64,000 bases of DNA from Phoronis australis (Eukaryota > Animalia > Phoronida). Within the stretch, counting starts at the first letter, position 1. Every line of letters begins with the position of its first letter. The translations under genes and the position numbers were made by a program. The notes under the pieces are model-generated. The model was not told the DNA's origin. It searched no databases and worked only from the letters and a program-made list of their open reading frames with translations. Positions 36,657 to 50,800 of the stretch are shown here, in pieces. The DNA lies in NCBI GenBank assembly GCA_002633005.1, contig NMRA01000180.1, forward strand, positions 36,518-100,517, written 5' to 3'.

Positions 36657-37766
36657 GATGCCCAACTACAACCGAAGTTACAACAATCTATTCTTTCCAA
36701 ATGTACCAATTCGCTTTGTGCTTGACTGGGTTCAAAAGTGGTCTGTAATAAGCCTGGTAGATTATTGGCTTGCCTGTTGTGATACCAGACAAAAGACTGT
36801 GCTTGGCAGTTAACAAAGAAGCCAGGTGTTACCACAAGCTCACAACACTCTAGGTCTGGTAAAGTCACTGAACGAGAAAACGCCATCATGTACATGTTCA
36901 CAGGTCGTCTTGGAAACCGCCAAGGTTTACGGCCGTGGAAATATTTCTGATTTCAACCGTTTAAAAGTACCGGGACTAATGTAACTTTCCTGGCCGAATT
37001 ATGGATATTTGTTTAAAGAACAGGCAAATTCACACACTCAGGTAAAAGGCACAAAAATAGGAAACCGGAAACAATGTGTTAGTGGAGCCAGGCTTGGTTC
37101 AACCACACCCTGAAAGGAAGTCCGCGCTTAGATTGATGCCATCTTCACTTTCACAACAGAAAACTGCTTGGAGATATGCGCAAGATTAAAGAAGGCAGGG
37201 CGGCTTGGCGACCACTAGGTTGGTTTTCAAATTCGCAATAATCGCCTAATGGAATTTTATCTAACTCCCCCCGTCGGTGTTGCAGCATATTAAAGAACGA
37301 ACAGAGCATATGGAGCCGAGAAGACAACAACACAAAAACTTGACGGATATTGAGGCATTGTCAGTGGCTAAATACTGAGAGAATTGTGTGTCGCTGTGTA
37401 ATCTGGGACGGAACTATTACGTGTACTTGAGTGGGATCCACGCACATGACAGATGCCCAGTTTTTCGTAAGTGAAGGACAGGAATGGTGTATTTAATGAT
37501 TGCCTGTGAATTTCATCTCTTACGGCCAATGTGCCCGTCAGTTTCACCTATTTCTTTACCAGACATAACTCTAAGGATGGTTCCCTTTGCCCAAACGAAA
37601 ACCTGCGAACCTGTGACAAAAAAGCCATCATTTTGGTTATGTTCGGACCGTCAAACGCAACATATCTGTTTGATTTATTATGTAAATTGTTTCGGATTTA
37701 TTGCTTATTTAACCGATACACAACATCTTTGTTTTTCAGTCCTATTAGTGATGGAGTAATCCAAGC

Positions 37767-37821
37767 ATGAAGCAACACCAAGCTCTAATCTTCGTGATGT
37801 TAACGAGTAGGATATTATTAC
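37767..37821 (+). CDS. PLAT-TSP1 gene first coding exon (signal peptide)
   Basis: MKQHQALIFVMLTSRILL with a phase-1 donor C|GTAAGT; joins exon 2 to give ...LLHAEA/YYR, an A-x-A cleavage motif. Confidence 0.65.
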
Positions 37822-40800
37822 GTAAGTTGACATTGTTATTATACCTGTTCCACACTGTTAGATGATTCCTTTATCCATCTATATTTGTTAATTCCTCTTG
37901 TATTCAATTTCTGCAAAGAACAATGAATTAATCGGTACTATTGGTAGATACGAGAGTGCTGCATTATTGTTTGGTAACGCGGTGATGTTTGCGAAAGTTA
38001 ACTGGATATTTTATTAAAGCAGTATCCAGCTCATGTAGACATACATGTAGACAAGTTGGCCGAAATAACAAGTTTATAGCAAAATTCAATTTTAAAGAGT
38101 AGGCAATTATATTTGTCTTTTTGCAGTAAACCTAAACGAGCATAAATGTTTGACATGATTTCTTGTGGGCCTGCCGGAGCTTCACCTCATGTACACTATG
38201 CGTGGTGCATGTACATGTAGGTGATCGCGGGTTTCAGAACAAAAGTCAGTTGATATTTATTCTCGTGACTTGACATTTGACCAGACCTTTGCAAATACTG
38301 AGCTGCATTCCATAGACATGCACGATACAGTGGGATCGTGTGGATCGATCGTAAAGTGTGGCAAAATTTTGCGAAGGCTTGCGTTGTCAAGCGTGTTGCT
38401 TGCGTCTACGGAACACAGAATATGTCAACGGGATGGTTATTCTTCTGCTAGAGTTGTGGTTCATTCTTTTTCGCACTCGGCTTTCAGCGACATGGAATAT
38501 TGCGTTACCTATTTTTGAAAATATTTTTGGAGAAACTATTGAATAATCTGAATTTAACTAAATATTCATCAAGATAACAACGTGTTGAGAGTATAGACAA
38601 GTTGCACGAGTTTTACCGATAAAAATCAAATAACAAAGGCAATACAATAAGTTATGCTTTATTACTAACAGTTGAACAAATACTGAAACAACCGGAAGGT
38701 ACTTGAAGGTGGAACTGACAACGTTTCAGAAAATGTGAAAACGACTTGAACATCACTAAAACTTTCCAATTTTAATTATTTATTTAGCAGTCTCAAAAAC
38801 GATGTTAGGGTTTTACTTTTAACGCCTGTTTTTTGCGTACCGTAAGATAGACGAATTTCTACTGCTGTTTTATACAAAAATCCCTTGCGTTTAATTTACA
38901 TGGAAGCAAAATAAATGTTTTATAGAACATTCCTAACAGCGTTTTTGAGGAAAATTGTGGAGTTTTCATTAAATCAGGGTTTTATTAAAATCGACCAAGG
39001 GTTATTTAGTTATGAATGTATCTTTCTTAAAAATAAAACTTTGGCTTAAAACACGTGTTAACGTAATAAAAATAACAGCGCATAAGTATAAAACAAAGTT
39101 TGTAGTCTCTGATGTATTTCTTGCAGAAAATATGAAATTTTACTCGTCGACGCAGCTAGATTTTTTGATATTTGTGTTAGATTGAACTTCGGTCACTAAA
39201 TAAGATTTGAGATAACCTTAAGATAACTTAAAAAACTGTCGTTTTTCAACACGTGAAGTTTGAATCGGTGGAGATGACACGTTGTGACAAAATGAATAGT
39301 TCTTTTGTGCTCAAAGTTTTTAACATACTAGATATTGAAGAGACGTTTGTGAAGATACGAAGGTTGAGCTTCCTCGACAATTACAAGGACACAGATCGGC
39401 ACCCTAGTCACACTAATTCTCGTATTCGTTTAATTTTGTAGTTTTCCGTTATATAAAGACAACACATTGTGCAAGTATCAATTCACGCAACTCTCCAAAT
39501 ATGTCCAGAATTCCATTCAATCATGAATTGTCAATACATCTGATCTAATGTCCCCTCTACATGTACATGGTACGCGTAATATGGTGATTTTTTACTTATA
39601 GGCAATTTTACCTTAGATATCTAGCCTGTAACATTCGCCAGTTGATGGAATGAAACTGTTATCGACGTAACATCTTGCAGATTCACAATCCACATCCAGT
39701 GATCTCAAGGGGAAATTTCCCTTTTCCCACACTTATGGCCACCAAGATTCCACACTTCTCATATGAACGGCATGGCATAGACTTACAATATTTCGTATCC
39801 ATCATTTCGACACTGCAAAGGGAAACATTTATACTTGATTTTGAACTTATACATTGCACAAGAAGGAGATTTGTTTGAAAATGAATTCAAATTCCTAGTT
39901 TTCGCTAACGCTGTCCCGTTGGGGCAAAGTTGTGAACATTCGCTACGGATAACGCCTTCTCGCAATATGTTATAGGAACACCTCTCCGTTTGTAAAGTAC
40001 ATCATAGCTCCCTTCAAAAATATATTACACCAATTCTTCGTCCACAATCTGCCTCTTCATTTTAAAGGCAAAAACGGCGTTCCTGAATTTTAAGATTGAG
40101 CTTCCCAAAAATATGCAATCAAAACATGTGCATGATACTACATCTACATCATTGTGTGTGCAGTGAGCCAACGAGAAATTGTGTTTGATTTGTCCCGGGT
40201 TGAACCAAGGCATCGTAAGTAAATAAGGATACTGTTGTCTTGCATTTTAGACCTGTTTAGAGCAAAGTAGCTCGTTTTCCAATTACGCCCATCTCAGGCT
40301 GACAAACCCTTCACAATGTATCCGGGGCCGAAAGATGAATGTCGACCAGCCAGGATTATTACAAATCCAAACAGTCTGATGATAATATGAATGTACTGAA
40401 AATGTTCAACTCCCATTGGCTTTTGCAATCAGTACAGGTTGAACAATTGAAAAAGGCGGGGAAAGAACAACTAGCACACCCCTTCAATCAGAACAAGTGT
40501 AATCTCCATTGACCCTACGAATCTCAAAATCTTCAGCAACCCAGCAGACGCCATTTTTTATGAAATTGGGTGAGGTAAATTTAATCGGTTAATTAAAAAA
40601 TATTGTGTGCCGTCTACGTTCTTGACACGAGTGAGACACATGTAGTACAATATTGTCGTGCGCAGCAAATGCGATTTTAAATTGTTCGTGATGTGATTAT
40701 CAGCTGTCATGCCCGGCCGGTCGTCTACCAGACCGCCAATTCCGTGTACCCCCCCCCCCCCCCNCCCCCCGTCCTCTCCTCCACTGGTTGCATTGGAATC

Positions 40801-41850
40801 AGATACAGAACAATTAGCTTTCCATTTACTACTGTTTGTCATGTGCAGTGGTCGTCAAGTATAGCATACAGTGTATGACCACTGAAAAGGTAAATGCCTA
40901 CTTTTCAGCTAATCAAACTGTCTTCATCGGCGTCAATGACGCAGGTGATATATTGAAAACAAGTTTTGCAGCGTTAAAGGCACGAGTCGCCTGAACCTAA
41001 AGTAATCTAATAAATCTTAGAAGACTGGACATAAATCAAAACTTGTTTGTCGTGGTCTCGTTCTCCAGAAACATTCAATTAAAACTATGGGCTAGAGAAA
41101 TGAATTAGGGCCTGACCGGAGAAATTTCAGCTGGTTGACCATGTTAAATCCTTCGCTGAAAGTTCAGCCATGCGCGGCGCACACCGTTTTACAAATACCA
41201 CCCTATGCAAGACATAGAGACTCCACTAAAAAGTTGGACGCAGAATATTATAACCATTGTTCTACTAGCATTTAAAGCAAACTTGGCGTGATTTACATCC
41301 TATGTTGTGGACTTATTAATCCTTAGTCGGTATACAAAAATATGTTGCTACGGAATCGCGGATCTAGACGATGATGGGGATGAGCAAACACGGTTTAGCC
41401 ACATTCTCATATTTTTGATAAAATGGGGTGCATTTAATTCAAAAAACTAAGTTTGATAACGTTACGGATGTTAGGGGCGGGGGTGGTGATTTAAGAATAC
41501 TCCGATCGTTGGATAGATGCACGTTCTCAAATGACAACAATACGTTACATGTAAAATAACAACAATGGTAACTTTTATTACCATTATCATAAATAACATC
41601 ATCATCATCATGATCATAATCATAATCACCATTATGATTTGTATAATCATGATCATCGATATTATTATTATGAACAGTAGTAGCATCACCCTTGTTATTA
41701 TTATTTGATTGGCATTGTTACTGTTAATATTTAGTATTAATATTAATCACAATTATTTCTTATGTCTGATCTGGCCGCCACCTGTTGGCCACATCTGTGA
41801 TCTAAATGTCGTGACATGTATATTTCCTCACGGTTTCAAAATTTACACAC

Positions 41851-41895
<45 letters not shown>

Positions 41896-44800
41896 CCATT
41901 ATTATTATTATCATTATGAATCATAGTCGTTGTTTTCCTGATACAAAAACCATCGCTGACTTTGATTTTGAGACCGGGGTGACATTTGGTGCGTCCCCTT
42001 GTGAGAACCATGGTTGTATCTCCTTTGACTGGACGTTTGTGAACATTTGCAGGTGTTTTCTTATAGATGTGACAATGGCGGCCAACGACTTTTTGGATCT
42101 CTCTGACCACCACTGTGACCCTGGTGGCATTGTTGTACATGTACCTTTGCCTCTATATCTTCAGAGTTTCTTATTCTTTTTTTCTGAAATTTGTCAAGCA
42201 GGTTTCTGTAATGGAAATGACAGCATCGTTCCAATTTTTGACGTACTTCGCGCCAAAAATGGCTTATCAACACCACGTCGCAGTCGTGGGCGCCTTTCAA
42301 CTCTCCTAATGTTGCTCATGATTACTTTTTGGCGCCCTGCAATACCAATTTGTGGATGCAATTCGATTCTCTTTCTATTCTCATAGGAAAGTTTGTGTTA
42401 TGTTTTCTATGCCTGAGTAACATAGTATGCATACACAATGTATTACTACTATAGATGCTCCTTTAAATGTACAGAGTACTGTAAATTTGCAGAATTAATG
42501 TTTATCATATTAATGCGCAGATATTTTAAAATGTGTTTATGAATTTGTCAATCTCAATATGGCGTGGGAAATATGTTATAAACATGCTAAGTCACGTTAA
42601 CACGCCATCTGTAGGAGGAGAAGAAGAGCCAAATTGTCGTATTTCGAAATTAAGGTTAAAATATGTAGGACCCTGTCGACAGATCTGTGTGTTTTGCCAA
42701 ATATCTAAAAAAAGTACAGATTTTAACTGGGTAGAACTATAAATACCCTGAAAGTATATAATCCAGCAGTAGAATTTTATTTTTGAATTTTCACCAATAC
42801 ATTATTAATTGAGTCACGACACTATGACTTTTTAGTAGAGTTGGTAAAAAAAAACGTACCAGTGACATGATCACCATTATGAAAATCATGTAAGTCCGAT
42901 TTTAACTGTTTCTCATGCAAAAGAGAAACAATTTAAAAGCAATTCCTAACAGTGTTACACAATACCGCCACATATTGCTTGAGTGAATTCCAAGCGCGCC
43001 GTACTTGGCAACTGACAGGTAAGGTGCATTCAGCGATTGCCCGTGATTTCCATTTCTCGTGATCACTGTGTTTGGCAAAGTCACCCAGTTATTTAAAGCA
43101 TCCCAAAGACAGCTTCTTTTTGCCTTTTCGCCTTAGGTGATTTTGCGTTTTTCGTTAGATTAGCGAGTTGGTCACGCGATATTTATAAAGTCTTGTTTCT
43201 ACACACGAGATCATAAATATATTAGATTATTACATGTTCTCAGTCGTTATCCCCCGTTATCTAGGGCTCTCGTGGATTTTGTAGAATTATCACCCTCGTG
43301 GCGTTACTATTTATACCACATACTGAACGAGAAACATTGCAATGAATCGATCTACCTTTCTCGACTCGCCTCGGCTTTGTAACTACTTTCTATGTCAGAG
43401 GCCCGGGGTCGGAGGTCGCGACCATTTAAGAAAAGCCGAACTATTTTTGTCAAATAATGCTTTTACTCAAAATCAATTGAAAATTTAAACAAAACAGAAT
43501 TAAGTGAATATATAAATTAAGGTTTAACAACTATTATAGCTTACTACATATTTTATCACGCTGCGCTTCGACCGGTAAAATATCGTCTGCTAAAATAGAT
43601 TACCAATAGTAACTGAGTATCATGCTCAAGTCAAAGGATCCCGACGACACGATACCCGCATTCAAATTGGAGATCGGTGATTTACACAAGAGAGAACACG
43701 AGAAAAAAATCACAGAATTGAGATATAGTTTTTATGGAAATTATGCGTCTTTTTTCATAGCGTATAAATGTCGGTACAATGTCCTTTGCTGAACATGCGA
43801 TTGTTGCGCGTGTTCATTTAAGTATCTATTTTCACGTTCGATGACGTCAGCCGCTGAGTGGTGTAGTGGTAAAGTCGGCGACTCGAAACTCTTGAAGCCC
43901 GGGTTCAAACCAGGCCTCGGTTTCCCGCCAAAATGATATCTCACTAGTGAGATAACTAAATGGGTTACACGGTTGTATTCGATCAGTCTTCATTACACTG
44001 TATTTGTGGAGTGATCCAAGCATGAAGCGAGTCGGACACCTGGCGCTAATATTCCTGATTTGAACGTGTGGGATAGCATTGCTTAAGCTGCCATTTTTAT
44101 CGGGCTTGTTCCACATTGTTAGCTGGTTCCATCATCCATCTACATGTATGTTTCATAAACTCACTCTCCTTTTCGGCACAGGACATTGAATAAATCTTTA
44201 GAACGACGGCACTACCTGTTGAGACAAGGTTTTATTATTTTATGATAAGGGCGTCGTTCGCGAAAGTTTACTGGCTACTGCCACGTTATTCAAAGCAGTA
44301 AAAGCAAGAAGTAGGCTGATATGAGATGCTCGGAATAAGTTTATATCGAACTTCAGTTTCTTTGGACATTAAACACCACAGAGCATGACGCGATTTCTCA
44401 GTCGTGGGCCAGCTGGAGTTTCATCCCCGTTGTACTGTATATCCTCGGTTTGTGATAACGGGTTTCAGAATACATGTTGGAAACAAGAAGCTAGTTCTTA
44501 TTCTCGTGGCCCTGACTTCTGACCGGACTTTCAAATATTCTGAGCTGCGTTCCGTAGACATGGACGATAGTGTTATCACATGCTTTGATCGTAACGCAGG
44601 GCAATATCTCACAAAGACTTGGGTGATCAAGCCTATTTAATGCATACATGGAACCGACGGAAACCTGGCCATCATATCAAGAATGTGTGTGTGTGTGTAC
44701 ATATATGCTTAAAACCATTTGTGTACAAACACACGAACGCGCACACAATGCACACACACACACACACACACACGAAATTATATATACTTTATTACTGGCT

Positions 44801-47800
44801 AATTAAGGTTTCCAATAGCACTTGCCTTCTACTTTCGGGGAATATATAACTTTATTTCCGTAAACGCAATTGTGTCGTAGATACCTGCCTAAATACGCAG
44901 CTCCATCATGCCTATCACTTTGTTTGCGTGCCCTCAATTTACAAAAAACTTTGTATGAATAACCCATATCCAGTGCCATCCTTTGACAACCATTGTTTTC
45001 TGTCAAGTTCTGGAATGGTATCCCTCGAGAAGCCGAATGCGCGATGGGGGCTGGAATAAGACTAATGCGGAGTTACCACAAAGATTTCATAGTGTACCAA
45101 AGATGTCCGACTGTGACCTAAAATGGTATATAGTATCTTTGGTTACGAAACACATGTTTTTAGGCTACGGAAATTCCCGAATTATTCCGGATGCAGGTGT
45201 TGGCGCATTTGGAACCCTTTAACTATTTTCGTAACTTATTTTTTTAGGTTACAGCAATAGGTGCTGAGACATTCCAGATTCTGTCGATAACGACCCACGG
45301 CCATCCAAACATTGACTCAGGGATCAACTGAAATAGAGTTGACCATATGTTAGCGTTCTGTCGCGCATTCATTAAGGCCTAAGTTGGCAATAATTGACTT
45401 TTTTCTAGAAAACCAGTTTTCACTCAAATGTTTTCTCACAATGTATGCATACTAGCTTAACTTCAAAAAGACAATGTTTCATTCCCTGGGGCATGTGCCT
45501 CTTCTAAGTCTGTCTGTGACAAGTTTTTAATTACATTTGATAAGTTCATTTGTCCTCCTGCTTTGCAGACGCCGAAGCGTATTACCGCATTCACGTTAAA
45601 ACGTCGGATGACTCAGGCCCGGGTGCCCACCACGTGGACATTATGCTCTACGGCCACCTCAGAGAAAAGGGGACAGACTGGATTAATATGAACACGCTAA
45701 ATCACGAAGACTTCAAAAGGGGACGGTACTGTAACTAAAAGACTGCAACTTAAACGTTATTTTCGGGATATAAAACGTTCACTTAAAATGATAATAAGCC
45801 CTGCTTTGAAGACTTTAGCCAAGTTTAGTTCTTTTACTTGCTCATTCCCCATGCTTGTCTTACTTCAGTGGTAAAAGCAGGGTTCAAGGAAAGATAATTA
45901 CTGATTGAGTCATTAAAATATATAATGGTTTTGTGGTGTGTGAACATTCCTCACAGCTGGCATGCAACTCACCAAAAGCGTACATGTAGATATCTCTTAC
46001 CAGTTTAGCATGTTTTGCAAAGTGTTTTCAAAACTTGCTCCGAGCATTTGCCGGTTGACATGTGTTACAGAGAATTATTTTGTGAGAGAAAATTGGATAG
46101 AAAATTTGTCGTACTATTTGTTAATAGGCCAAACCAAGGATCAGTCTCTGTATAAGTTTGCGTGTTGTTTTTTTCTACCAATTCCTGGAGTCGAGTGAAT
46201 TGGAAAGAAATTATCCGTGACATCAACGATTGAGGTACATTAAAAATGTGTCCGAAATTGTATTCGCTTATTTGTTGTTTATTAGTCCGATTATACCATC
46301 TGTTATCTACTTACACTAGGCTAATTGTTATCAATTGCCCATTAAATATCACCTCCTGGCATTTTTTTGCATTCGGCAAGGTACTTTTATGCGCCCACAT
46401 ATACATAAATGTGGTCGTATTTTGTTGTCACTTTGTCCGGGCGTCCAGTTGATCATCTGTTCCGGTGTCCGGTCAATATCTCAAAAACCATTGGTCGGAC
46501 TGTGACGAAATTTGACAATATGGTATCGGGCACTAGAACGGTTCATGCCACTTTTCAATATGCTCGCGTCCTGGTGTAAGGTGGCGTAGCTTTTTCTGTA
46601 TTTCTGGGGGAATATCCTTTCCGGATGAGAATTTTTCATTAACGAATTTCAATCAAACTGATCAAAAAAGTGAAGAATACGCTTGCACGATTGCATTTTG
46701 GGGCGGAATCGACCACTGCAGCACCTCCTGGTGGCCATTTGGTTCTTGACGAGGTCTTTTCAAATGTTGATTTGGGGAGAAGAGAGTTTCCGGGTGATGT
46801 CTAGACAACCGATTGTCAGATAAACTTGCACAGAGGAAAGTGCAGCATGAGAATGCACCGGGCAATATTTGGTTTTCGTCGGACTTGACTATTGCAGTGC
46901 TTTCTAAAGGCAGTTTTCTGTGAGACTGTTTCCAAATGATGAAGCGAACCAATTGAAGGATGTCAATAAAGGTTGACACGAAAGTATGTGATCTCAATGC
47001 GCCGCTACCATTAAATGTTCGTGCAGATCCGACTACTCCAGTACCTCCTAAGGCAGTTTTGTTCCGGACAAGGACTTCTGAAGTGCTGTTTTGGGGTAAA
47101 AGCCTCTCCGGGTGATATCTAAAGTGCCGCTTAACGGATTCCATTAAAACGTGACACAGAGGTACAGTATGTGATGAGATTACCCCGGCACAACTTGATT
47201 TTCGGGCCATTTTGAGTGAGGGGTTTACGTAATATATATAGATAAATGAGTGAAGGATTTCAATGAAAGTTGACAAAGAGGTTTGTACTGCAGTTACAAT
47301 GCGGTGGCATCATTAATTTTTTTCGTGGATTCGACAAATGCAGCGCCTCATAGTGGCCAGTTTGTTTGATAGTGTTACCAGGTGAATATGTAAGAACTAA
47401 ATGAAGGAATTCAATGAAAGCTGACACCGAGGTATATGAGGGCAATGGTGCGGCACCGTGAACTTTTCGGGAGGATTTGACTATTACAGAACCTCCTAGT
47501 AGCCAATTAATTTTCGACATATGACCTTTCAATTGTTGTTAAGGTTAAGAGAGTTTCCGATGATATCTAAAGAACCAATAAACGGGTTTAATTGAAACTT
47601 ACCACAGTGATAAACCTTAAATTGCACCCGCTCCATCTAGATTTTGGGCTGATTCAGCGACTGTAGCGCCTACTAGTGGCTATTTAGTTTGAAAGCGTCT
47701 CAAGATGATATGCAGAGAGCGAGTGGTAGATTTTAATAAAAATTGAAGTCGATGCACGGGCATCATTAACTTTTCGGGCGGATTTGACACTTGCAGCACG

Positions 47801-50800
47801 TCGTAGTGGTCATTTTGATATCTTCTACGGACTATTCAGTGTTGTTTGACAGAGGGACTTTTTTAATAATTGCAGGCGGTTTGGTACACGTTGTTCCAGG
47901 CTGCGCATGTGGGTCCATTGCACTTATCACCTGGAAATATTTTTGTGCTATATGAATACATAGTTAAAACCGAGCTGTTGACTCAAGGGTCTAGCAGTGT
48001 GGCTCGAACCCACGACCTCGAGTAAAGAAGGCGGGCACCATCACACTGGGCCACAATGCCTCCTCCTCAGATGGACGTTTCTGGCTGATATGAACTGAAC
48101 CGACAGACGAATTTTGATAAAACATGACACAGAAGAACACCATTCGATTTTCGAAGGCATTCGAGCACTGAAGCACCTCATACTAGCAGGTATAACTCGC
48201 AGATTTCAATGAAATTTTACTCAACAGTATATGATGACAATACGCCGACACCATTTGATTTTTGGGCTGATTCCATAACTGTAGCACCTCCTAATAAGCT
48301 CTTAGAAACATATCCTATGCGATGCACCATGGGCTCATGTCAACGTCACCGCGTTGCTCCGTTATTTAATACTTCCTGGGGAAGAACATGCACAGATGAT
48401 ACATGTATCTAAAAAGCAAGCAACGGATTACAAGGGAAATTGACAAAGAGGTGTGGAACGGCATAGCAAGGAGTCCAGTCGGGTAATTTTGACCTCTTAA
48501 TTGTAATTCTGTCCTGTTGTCCTCTCAACTGTTAGATAACTCGAACATCTGTTCGTAGTTTGACACAAAGGTGTAGGGCATCGCAAGAGCTGGGCAATTT
48601 TTACTTTGTGTTGCACCCCAAGACAAGTGGGACTAGGATTTTTAGTAATTTGAGGAATTTATTTCCGGATGAAAAAAGAACTCGTCGCTGTACTTCAATG
48701 AAACTTTTGAAAAATGTTAACTCTTATATATTTAAACTACTGTGTGCGATGCGCAAGGTGGGCGCTAATCGACGATGTGCGATGCTGGTCTCCATTTTAA
48801 GACTCTTCTATTTTGCTCTCTTTTGTTCTTCTTCTTAGCACCGACGCCTTTCTTATTCCTGAAGATTGCGGGATCTTATTCAAAATCGCATTAAGACAGA
48901 CGGGCGCAGACTGGAAACTTCAAGCAGTAAGTACGGATTTGACCAAAATGTGCTAGGCGTCTGTAGAAATGTATGTTTTTGTTATATTGTGCATGGTTAC
49001 AGCAGATTTTTACACTTCTGTAAACACAAAATAGTAGTACCAAGTGCAATCAATACTTTTCTTCAGAGATGTTCATCTGTCCGTTTGATAAACGAAGCCT
49101 ATTGGCTCTGACATAAGCAGATGCTATCGCATGTCTTTCGCATTTTGGGCACTCGTTCTCATCTGAATCTCCGCCCGCTATTTGTTTCACAATAAACCAA
49201 ATTATACACTTTCTTAACCGCTTTTTGCATGTCGGGTACGTCTTTTTCATCGCCAGTCGGAGGTTCACGATCAAGGTACATGTACATGTTCATGACCGTG
49301 TGAATTTGCACCATTCTCCTATAGTCAAATTTGTTCTGACAGCATGAACTGTACAGTATGATAAATTCCATTTCAATTCACTGTCACCTCGACCATCTCT
49401 CAATGCATAAGTGTGTGCTCTTGAAGGGTCTGTACAAGAATAAACCAGCAGTATCTAAGCGAATCCGTCATAAACGTTAGATTGCTTCTGTCCTTTCGAT
49501 CGGCATGCATTACAAGCAAAACTAATCTATTAACTTTCGTCCGCCGGTATCCTGCTTTGCGTGCAAGTGCAGACAGGCCAACCAATATTGACACTATTGA
49601 TGTTTCCATATGACAGGTGAAAATTACGGACTACGACCGATCGAACACACAATACCAGTTCCACTGCGATTGCTCGATAAATGAACTGAACCCGTACGAA
49701 ATTAAACGGACCGGTAGGTACATGCACTTCGCTTTGTTTAGCATACTGAAAACAGAAATCATACTTGGTCTTTTCCTCTTATAAAATGATCTTTTAGCAT
49801 GCGTTAATGTTTCCGTTACCAAAACGAAGACAAAACAACCAGTACCTCAAAAAAACGTTTCATTGCGAATTGAAGTTTGAAGAAACCGGGTCTACGCATT
49901 GCCTGTATCTTGAACTGTCTGCTCATTCGGCAACCATCAATTCAAGATCGGATGAGAGTTATATGAGCCCTAAAGAAACACCTCAACACTGACATCGAAA
50001 CAGCGGCAAATGTGTCCCTTTAACATTTAAGAAGCAGTTTGCTTTGCTTCCATCTATACATGTAACACCACTGATCATTTCAGATCTGTGTCTAAAATAT
50101 AGTCTCTTTACTTGAAAATTGACTAGAACGTTCACCAATTTTCTGGTGTATTTTGAATAAACTAACAAAATTTGTTCTCAAATAATGCAGCGCAATTGGT
50201 TTTTTAAAAGCACGAGTCCAGTATGTGTTCGTAGATTACATGTACACTCTAGGGAAAATTTTGCTTTATTTCCTTGCTTCCAAAATCATTAAAGTGTACA
50301 TAAAGAAAATATGTAAAACAAGTACGAAAATCGTTGATTACACCAAACAATACAGCATTATACTTCGTTTTCGACCTGGAATTTATTGTATTTTTAACTG
50401 CAGTGAACGGTGGATGGACCAGCTTCGGACCCTACACTCGATGCTCCACAACTTGCGGCACTGGTAGACGGACCAGACAGCGATCTTGTACCAATCCAAA
50501 GCCTTACAATGGCGGAGCACATTGTAGTGGCCACAGCATTGAAACCAAGTCATGTTTTACAAAGAATTGTCCAGGTATATCCATAATACCAGGAATTTAA
50601 TGCCTTCCTGATAAATATAGATTATTACATGGCGAAGTCGTTATCCCCGTAATCTAGAGCCCGAGTGGATTTTGGAGAATTATCACCCGAGGGGCGTTAG
50701 CCCCGAAGGCGATAATTCTTCAAATCCACGAGGGCTCTAGATAAGGGGGATAACGACTGAGAACATGTAATAATCTATTTGTACCACATACTAAACGAGA

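Noticed and set aside
41709-42386. 225-aa ORF with poly-Ile, and the antisense poly-Asp ORF
   Set aside because: Largely a product of the (ATC)n microsatellite inside an intron; no recognisable domain. A faint endonuclease-like ISITETCL on the minus strand is too weak to call.
42900-43025. Strong donor CAG|GTAAG (and ATC|GTAAGT at ~40215) as the signal-peptide exon of the PLAT-TSP1 gene
   Set aside because: No in-frame ATG with a hydrophobic leader in the required phase; 37767-37821 fits better.
43850-43925. Possible functional tRNA gene
   Set aside because: Acceptor and anticodon stems pair poorly and it is embedded in a repeat with a diverged second copy; kept only as tRNA-derived.
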